A DNA stretch of 23,673 nt from Oculatellaceae cyanobacterium bins.114. GTDB lineage: Bacteria; Cyanobacteriota; Cyanobacteriia; Elainellales; Elainellaceae. The stretch is taken from contig JANRJA010000155.1 in the NCBI GenBank assembly GCA_033764315.1, positions 1-23,673 of the forward strand. The letters are read 5' to 3'. Made by a program: the position numbers and the translations under genes. The notes under the pieces were generated by a model that made no database searches, was not told the DNA's origin, and saw only the letters and a program-made list of their open reading frames with translations. Positions 17,997 to 23,673 of the stretch are shown here, in pieces; positions within the stretch are counted from its first letter, which is position 1, and every line of letters starts with the position of its first letter.

Positions 17997-18284
17997 TTAC
18001 TCTCTGGAAACGCCACCGCCACTTTTAGCACCGCGATAATTCTCACGAGGCTTGGCTTTATTGACTCGAATCTCTCGACCCAGCCATTCAGCCCCATCGA
18101 GTTCGGCGATCGCCTCATCCTCTTTTGATTCATCCTCCATTTCAACAAAAGCAAAACCTCGTTTTCTGCCTGTTTCTCGATCCGTAGGGAGGCTCACTCG
18201 ACTGACTTTGCCATACTCGGCAAAAACTTCGCGTAGATCCTCTTCGGTAGCCTGAAAAGACAGGTTGCCAACGTAAATAGTCAC
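17997..18284 (-). CDS. RRM (RNP-1) RNA-binding protein, cyanobacterial Rbp family
   Basis: GTG start at 18284 with GGAGAGG RBS gives MTIYVGNL (RNP2); RGFAFVEM (RNP1); short Gly-rich tail. Confidence 0.95.
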   Translation of the reverse strand: MTIYVGNLSFQATEEDLREVFAEYGKVSRVSLPTDRETGRKRGFAFVEMEDESKEDEAIAELDGAEWLGREIRVNKAKPRENYRGAKSGGGVSRE

Positions 18285-18524
18285 GATCCTCTCCAAACCA
18301 AATTTGATGTAGGGGCGAGTTTGGCAGTACCTTTAGGAACGTTAATAAAAGATCCTTCAGGTCATTACCAAACTTTACTTCGCTGTGATCATAGCTGATC
18401 TTCTGCCAAATGGCAGTAGCATATCAGCCAAACTGGCATGTGCTTTTCTAAAGCTTTTCATAGATTTACAAAAGCATTAGAATTTGCCTGTTTAATTTAG
18501 TTTTTTATATCTTTTTTAGGTGTT

Positions 18525-20792
18525 TCATCGCACCACTTCGCCCATATAGTTGCCCCAAAGTTCAGCCGCTTGAGCACTTGCCCCCGATGTTGGAGTATTG
18601 TCATCATTTCCAAACCAAATCCCTGTGACCAGGTTACGACTCGGAATATAACCCACAAACCAAAGATCGCGATTATCGTTATTCGTGCCTGTTTTGCCAG
18701 CTTCACCTAATCCTAGATAAGCATTCCGTCCGGTACCGTTACGAATGACTCCTTGCAGCAAATCAGTCATTGTATCTACAACTCTTGCTTCTAAAACAGC
18801 GACATTCATCTGAGGATCAGTCGCAACATCGTAAATCACCCGACAGGTCTCGAGATTATTAGGGTCAGTGCAATCACTACTATCTAAAATCCGATTAATG
18901 GCATGGGGACGGTTCCATGTTCCTTGATTGGCCAGCGTTCCGTAAGCTCCGGTGAGTTCTAATAAGGTAACTTCGCTTTGTCCTAAAACTAACCCTGGCA
19001 CCGGATTTAAGTCTGACTTAATTCCCATCCGGTGAGCGGTGTTGACTATCTGATTAAGCCCTACCTCTTGAGCAATTCTGAGTGCAATCACATTTTCAGA
19101 AAGGGCTAAGCCTGTGGCTACATCCATGCTGTTGACCCTAGAGCGGCATCCCTCAAAAGATTGCCCGCCCCAATCAAGACTCTCACAGGAGTAAGATTTG
19201 CCAGGTGAGATGCCCTGCTCAATCGCGGCAGTATAGGCAAACACTTTGAAGGTCGAGCCAGGTTGACGCAGGGCTTGAGTAGCCCGATTAAACTGGCTTT
19301 CTTGAAAGTCATATCCTCCTACCAGGGAGAGCACCCCACCTGTACTAGAGTCAAGCATCACCAACGACCCTTGAGAAAACCCAGAGGATGCCCCGTTGTT
19401 GTCGATCGCCGCTCGCAATGCCGTTTCTGCTCTCGTTTGAAAGCGAGGCTCTAGGCTGCTTTCAACGATAAAGTTGCCTTCTTGAGCCAGTTCTCGACCT
19501 AATAGAGCCTCTAACTCATCAAACACATAGCTATAAAAGTAGGGAGCAATAGTGCTTCGGAGTTCTTCAACCGCCGCTGGATTAATTTCAATCCGCGATC
19601 GCCTTGCCCGTTGAGCCTCTTGAGTACTGATCATGCCTTGAGCCGCCATCCGATTAATCACGCGATCGCGCAACTCTACGGCTGCGTCATAATCTTGAAC
19701 GGGGTTAAAGGCATTAGGGGCAGGCAAAATACCAGCGAGAGTCGCAGCCTCAGAGATCGATAAATCTTGTGCTGATTTACCAAAATAAAACTGAGCCGCA
19801 TCTTCAAAGCCATAGGTGCCATTACCTAAATAGACCCGATTGAGATACATCAACAACAAATAGTTCTTGCTGTAATAGGTTTCCAGCTTTAGTGCTACAA
19901 CTGCCTCACGCAATTTGCGTCCAGCCGAGTCATCCGTGCCGACATAGTCTCGAAAAATACTGCGCGCCAGTTGCTGGCTGATGGTGCTACCCCCCTCTCG
20001 AATCTCTCCTCCCCGAATATTGGTCAACAGGGCACGCAAGATCCCAATCGGATCAATGCCCATATGCCAGTAATAGCGAGAATCTTCAGAGGCAAGCACT
20101 GCCTGCGGCAAGTAAGGGGAAAAGTCTGAAAGCCGCTGCATCTCAATATGAGCGCGATTGCGTGGCTCTCGCAAAGGGGTTTGGCGATCGCGTGCATAAA
20201 CCACAACCGGACCTTGAACCGAAGTCGGCAACGGATACACAGCAAAGCGTTGCCATTGCACCGCCATCCACAACGCCACCAACGCACTGACCCCAGTGAA
20301 CCCATACAACCCATAGCGCAAAGCTTTAGCGTACCAAGGGGGTGGATCAACGTACTGCAACCGCACAGAAGCCGCTAACTCTGGTGGCCCTAAGGTCAAA
20401 ACATCACCATGTCGCAGTTCTAACGTGTTAAGACGACGCTTCCCCCGATAAATTCCATTGGTCGAGTTTTCGTCTTTAATCAAAAAGGGAGTTCTGCGCC
20501 CTCCCATGCGGGTCAATGAGAGGTGAACTTGGCTGACAACCGGATTTCGCACCACAATGTCACAGGATTTAGAACTGCGCCCCAGCAGATATCGCTCTCC
20601 TAACAAGGGGTAGTTATCTGCCTTGGGTGATTCTGCCTCCTGCACCAATAACTCTGGCACTCTTGCATTGGGCTTCAAAATCAGTTTAGAGAAATTGATT
20701 TTTGCCTGAACTGTTTGAACGGCTTGAGTAATCACGTTCAACAGAGTCTTGGGCTGATTGGGGGGTGGAGGAGGCGTTTGAGGTGAGGTCAT
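18525..20792 (-). CDS. FHA-domain class A penicillin-binding protein (transglycosylase/transpeptidase)
   Basis: FHA motifs LGR..., SQVH and STNG; one TM; glycosyltransferase EDSRYY.H.G, GGSTISQQL, RKLRE and YLNRVYLG; transpeptidase QPGSTFK (SxxK), SEN and KTG. Confidence 0.93.
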   Translation of the reverse strand: MTSPQTPPPPPNQPKTLLNVITQAVQTVQAKINFSKLILKPNARVPELLVQEAESPKADNYPLLGERYLLGRSSKSCDIVVRNPVVSQVHLSLTRMGGRRTPFLIKDENSTNGIYRGKRRLNTLELRHGDVLTLGPPELAASVRLQYVDPPPWYAKALRYGLYGFTGVSALVALWMAVQWQRFAVYPLPTSVQGPVVVYARDRQTPLREPRNRAHIEMQRLSDFSPYLPQAVLASEDSRYYWHMGIDPIGILRALLTNIRGGEIREGGSTISQQLARSIFRDYVGTDDSAGRKLREAVVALKLETYYSKNYLLLMYLNRVYLGNGTYGFEDAAQFYFGKSAQDLSISEAATLAGILPAPNAFNPVQDYDAAVELRDRVINRMAAQGMISTQEAQRARRSRIEINPAAVEELRSTIAPYFYSYVFDELEALLGRELAQEGNFIVESSLEPRFQTRAETALRAAIDNNGASSGFSQGSLVMLDSSTGGVLSLVGGYDFQESQFNRATQALRQPGSTFKVFAYTAAIEQGISPGKSYSCESLDWGGQSFEGCRSRVNSMDVATGLALSENVIALRIAQEVGLNQIVNTAHRMGIKSDLNPVPGLVLGQSEVTLLELTGAYGTLANQGTWNRPHAINRILDSSDCTDPNNLETCRVIYDVATDPQMNVAVLEARVVDTMTDLLQGVIRNGTGRNAYLGLGEAGKTGTNNDNRDLWFVGYIPSRNLVTGIWFGNDDNTPTSGASAQAAELWGNYMGEVVR

Positions 20793-21029
20793 GTACCGTT
20801 AGCGCAGAGCTATACAAAGGACTGAAATACCAGTCGTATTTAAGTTCCGAATTTGTTACACCTTATTCTACTCACTGCCACACCATTCGGCTTATCTCAA
20901 AAGAGCGATCGCTTCAAAGAGAGAACTGCTTCTCATTGCAATACATTAAGCGTACTGCAACATCTGTGATCAGTATATTTACTGAAGCAATCTTTCTCTC
21001 AATTAATCGTTTGTTGGTAGTCCTAAACA

Positions 21030-21068
21030 AGTAAGGATATGCGGCGCGGAGCACGGCATATCCTTACT
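21030..21068. repeat. Perfect 13-bp inverted repeat in divergent promoter region
   Basis: AGTAAGGATATGC (21030-21042) and GCATATCCTTACT (21056-21068) with a 13-nt GC-rich spacer. Confidence 0.65.
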
Positions 21069-21321
21069 CAAAAATCATTACTTTTAGAAGCCTACCTGTT
21101 TGTTTTGAGGGTTTTGGGCAGTACAAAACAACCTTTAAGAAACGGTGAAAGATAGGTTTAAGGAGATCTATCAGGGTAATTCCAAGAGAATACTGATCCG
21201 CCTCCTAATCTTACTCCACCCTGTTTGTAATCTAGGAAGTTAGGGAACTCTGGGGATACAGGATGATGATTTTAACCTGAGCAGAGAATTGCAATTGTGC
21301 GTATTGGGAGATGGGTTTGTG

Positions 21322-22821
21322 ATGTTAAGCCCTGAAGGAAGATTATTTTGCCGTTTAGATAATATGCCAAGTTTAGAGCAAGAACAACAACGATTACAGA
21401 CATTAAAAGAGCTGGGGTTACTAGATAACGGCAGTGTGCCTGTTTTTGAAGAAGCCACACAAACAGCCGCACATATCCTAAATGCAGCTATTTGCATCTT
21501 AGGCATCAGCGATCGCGATCGCCAGATCTTTAAGTCTGCGATCGGGTTATCTAGAATTGGGTTGATGAATGACCTGGCTTCTTCACGTCAACTCCCCCGA
21601 CAAGAAGCATTTTGCACCCATGTTGTAGACAACCATCAAGTATTAGTCATTGATGACACAACTCTTTATCCTGACTTTGCAAGCAGCATTTTAGCCCAAC
21701 GATATGGCATTCGAGCCTATTTAGGCGTTCCTTTGACCACATCAAGTGGACAATGCATTGGCACACTAGCCATCCTAGAGTTGGCTCCACGTCACTTTAC
21801 AGCCAAAGAGGTTGAGCTTTTAGAACTAGTGGCACGCTGGAGTATGAGCGAATTTGAACGCAATCGTTTTCTTAAAAACTCATCCTCGCCACCCGAACAC
21901 CACGAAATCCACTGTTCCTCAAACTCGCTGAATTCTTCTAACGACTCAGGGCTAGGGATAGTCAAGCTTGATCTGATTACTCAAATGACTCAAGAATTAC
22001 GCACCCCCCTAACCTCAATTTTGGGAATGGCAAGTGTTTTAAACCGAGAGATTTACGGGCCACTAACCGATAAACAAAAAGAATATATGGATATCGTTCA
22101 CGATAGTGGTCAGTATTTGTTGACCTTAGTGAATGAAATTTTAGAAGTTGGAGCACTGGCAACCAATCAACAACCCCTCAATCTCAGCCCTGTTGATATT
22201 GAGATGCTGTGCCAACAAGCTTTCAGCACTTTAGAGCAAGCGGCCCAGCGTCGAGAACAACAGATTCGCTTGACCGTCGAGCCTGGACACCGCATTTGGT
22301 TGCTCGATAAAGACAAAGTGCGCCAAATGCTCTATCACCTCGTGTTCAACGTGATCCAGGCTTCCAGCGCAGACAGCATTATTCGCATCCATGTTGCCCA
22401 CAAATATAACCAGTTGCACATCGCCGTTTGGACCTCTCATCCCTGGTTAGGCGACGGCTTACCCCAAGCAGAGCTAAGGTCTAATCAACTTCTTAAATCC
22501 CCTGGGATTGGGTTGGAGAGCATGAGTGGCGATCGCCTCTTGGAAAAAACGGCTTCGCATCGCTCTCAGTTTGGTGCGATCGATTTAGATCTGGCTAATG
22601 AGAGTGATATTAACAATCAACATAAAAACTTTAACGCCGCCGAGGAAAAGCCCGATACATCTCGGCAGAGTTTAGGGCTGATGCTGAGTCGTTGTCTGGC
22701 ACAAGCTCATGGGGGCGATATCACGATTCAAGGGTCAACAGAAATCGGCTATCGCTATGTGATCCAGTTGCCCCGGCTAACTGCACCCACTAAAGAGGAT
22801 CGCTCAGGGGAGGGACACTAG
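21322..22821 (+). CDS. GAF-domain histidine-kinase-like protein with degenerate H-box and ATP-binding boxes
   Basis: GAF motifs (EQQRLQTLKELGLLD, AFCTHVV, IRAYLGVPL..IGTLAIL..PRHF); HisKA-like TQELRTPLTSILG; degenerate HATPase-like C-terminus ending AHGGDITIQG. ATG 21322 preferred over TTG 21289. Confidence 0.85.
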   Translation: MLSPEGRLFCRLDNMPSLEQEQQRLQTLKELGLLDNGSVPVFEEATQTAAHILNAAICILGISDRDRQIFKSAIGLSRIGLMNDLASSRQLPRQEAFCTHVVDNHQVLVIDDTTLYPDFASSILAQRYGIRAYLGVPLTTSSGQCIGTLAILELAPRHFTAKEVELLELVARWSMSEFERNRFLKNSSSPPEHHEIHCSSNSLNSSNDSGLGIVKLDLITQMTQELRTPLTSILGMASVLNREIYGPLTDKQKEYMDIVHDSGQYLLTLVNEILEVGALATNQQPLNLSPVDIEMLCQQAFSTLEQAAQRREQQIRLTVEPGHRIWLLDKDKVRQMLYHLVFNVIQASSADSIIRIHVAHKYNQLHIAVWTSHPWLGDGLPQAELRSNQLLKSPGIGLESMSGDRLLEKTASHRSQFGAIDLDLANESDINNQHKNFNAAEEKPDTSRQSLGLMLSRCLAQAHGGDITIQGSTEIGYRYVIQLPRLTAPTKEDRSGEGH

Positions 22822-22852
22822 GGGGTGAGGTCAAGTGCTGCTTGACTACCCC
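22822..22852. terminator. Hairpin between convergent genes
   Basis: GGGGT-GAG-GTCAAG-TGCTG-CTTGAC-T-ACCCC bulged stem right after the stop. No U-tract. Confidence 0.4.
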
Positions 22853-22967
22853 ATCTGCGCATCTATTTGTTGTCTCTCAGGACATGAGCTTCCTGGCTCA
22901 AAGCCAACGCCCTTTGAAGAAAACTAGACCTGCGTTTTAGTCCATCAATGGAGGTTTAAAGGCAAGA

Positions 22968-23546
22968 TCACAATTCTCTTAACTGATTCTCAATCCAAGT
23001 GGAATTAAATACTTCTCGATAAATAGAGTTTTTAACTCGTAGAATACCTTCATGATTTTCGACCAAACCTGACAATAATAACTCTGTCGATTCTAGAGTG
23101 CAATCCATTGGAATATTAGGAGATTTCAATATCTGCTGATATAGCTCTAACAATCGTCGTGCTTGTTGTTTATTTCGCAACAGGTAATCACGAATAGTAC
23201 GTAGATGTTCGGGTTGATCTTGAGTTTCCCAATTTTGGATAATGTGCGATCGCACTAATTGTTCGACCCACAGCAACTCAGTACCGGGTGGAAAAAACCG
23301 TTGATTGACTGCAACTTGGCTGGCTTGCACAACAAGCTGGCAGACTTTTTGCGTCAGGAAAGGTTGTCCTCCAGTCCAGGCTAAAATCGACCGCAAAATC
23401 GCTTGAGGATTACATACCCACTTCAACAGCCCTGTAATGAGAGGTTGAGCTTCGCTCTCTTGAAAGCCTTGCAATTCAATTAAGCGTCCGATATCAGAAG
23501 GGGTATCAGGATAATCTAGAGGCACTTCGTCTAGGGAGCATGTCAC
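22968..23546 (-). CDS. Stand-alone C-terminal (post-P-loop) part of a cyanobacterial AAA_35-like domain; possibly a gene fragment
   Basis: TPSDIGRLIELQGF, ILAWTGGQPFLTQKVC, IIQNWETQDQPEHLRTIRD, ELLLSGLV and LRVKNSIYREVF..W motifs. No Walker A/B in the ORF; GTG start. Confidence 0.7.
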   Translation of the reverse strand: MTCSLDEVPLDYPDTPSDIGRLIELQGFQESEAQPLITGLLKWVCNPQAILRSILAWTGGQPFLTQKVCQLVVQASQVAVNQRFFPPGTELLWVEQLVRSHIIQNWETQDQPEHLRTIRDYLLRNKQQARRLLELYQQILKSPNIPMDCTLESTELLLSGLVENHEGILRVKNSIYREVFNSTWIENQLREL

Positions 23547-23673
23547 CTTTGTAGTGAGTAAAAATACTTAAGAGGTTGAGGTACTGGAAAATATAAGCGG
23601 TATCCGTCAGAATTAGAGCAATTAACTCTGCCAACAAGACCATGCAACCTGAACAAGAGCAAGCCCTCAAAGC

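Larger units (their letters stand above)
1050..23253. repeat. Dispersed HIP1 octamers (GCGATCGC)
   Basis: More than 30 copies counted by eye, e.g. near 1050, 1371, 2649, 3988, 7793, 14155, 21508 and 23246; a cyanobacterial genome signature. Confidence 0.9.

Noticed and set aside
22822-22852. GTCAAG/CTTGACTACCCC hairpin as an IS200/IS605 end or omega-RNA start
   Set aside because: Only a short resemblance; no tnpA/tnpB/iscB nearby. A terminator-like role between convergent genes is simpler.
1-23673. CRISPR array or cas genes linked to the CHAT protease
   Set aside because: No regularly spaced repeats or cas-like ORFs seen. The type III-E comparison is a mechanistic analogy only.

Overview
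Cyanobacterial chromosomal window: the HIP1 octamer GCGATCGC occurs more than 30 times by eye and psaK is present. It opens with the 3' end of an IS630-like transposase. A same-strand signalling cassette follows: an atypical sigma-70-family factor, a DUF1822-type protein, a membrane-anchored CHAT (caspase-like) protease fused to an extracytoplasmic CHASE2 sensor, and a secreted DUF928-type protein. This cassette is the best candidate for a poorly characterised system, a protease-triggered sigma/anti-sigma switch. The rest is mostly conserved cyanobacterial content: trpF, psaK, an M50/CBS site-2 protease whose catalytic HExxH reads HKLGH, a peptidoglycan-binding protein, an HD phosphohydrolase, a Cache-HAMP histidine kinase, tRNA-Gly(CCC), two small ORFs, a pentapeptide-repeat protein, a YcjF/DUF697 GTPase, an RRM RNA-binding protein, an FHA-class A PBP, a GAF 'histidine kinase' lacking its phospho-His, and an AAA_35-like C-terminal fragment. 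Several MITE-like TATAGC...GCTATA elements and palindromic repeats lie in intergenic regions. All family assignments come from motif recognition by eye; no searches were run.
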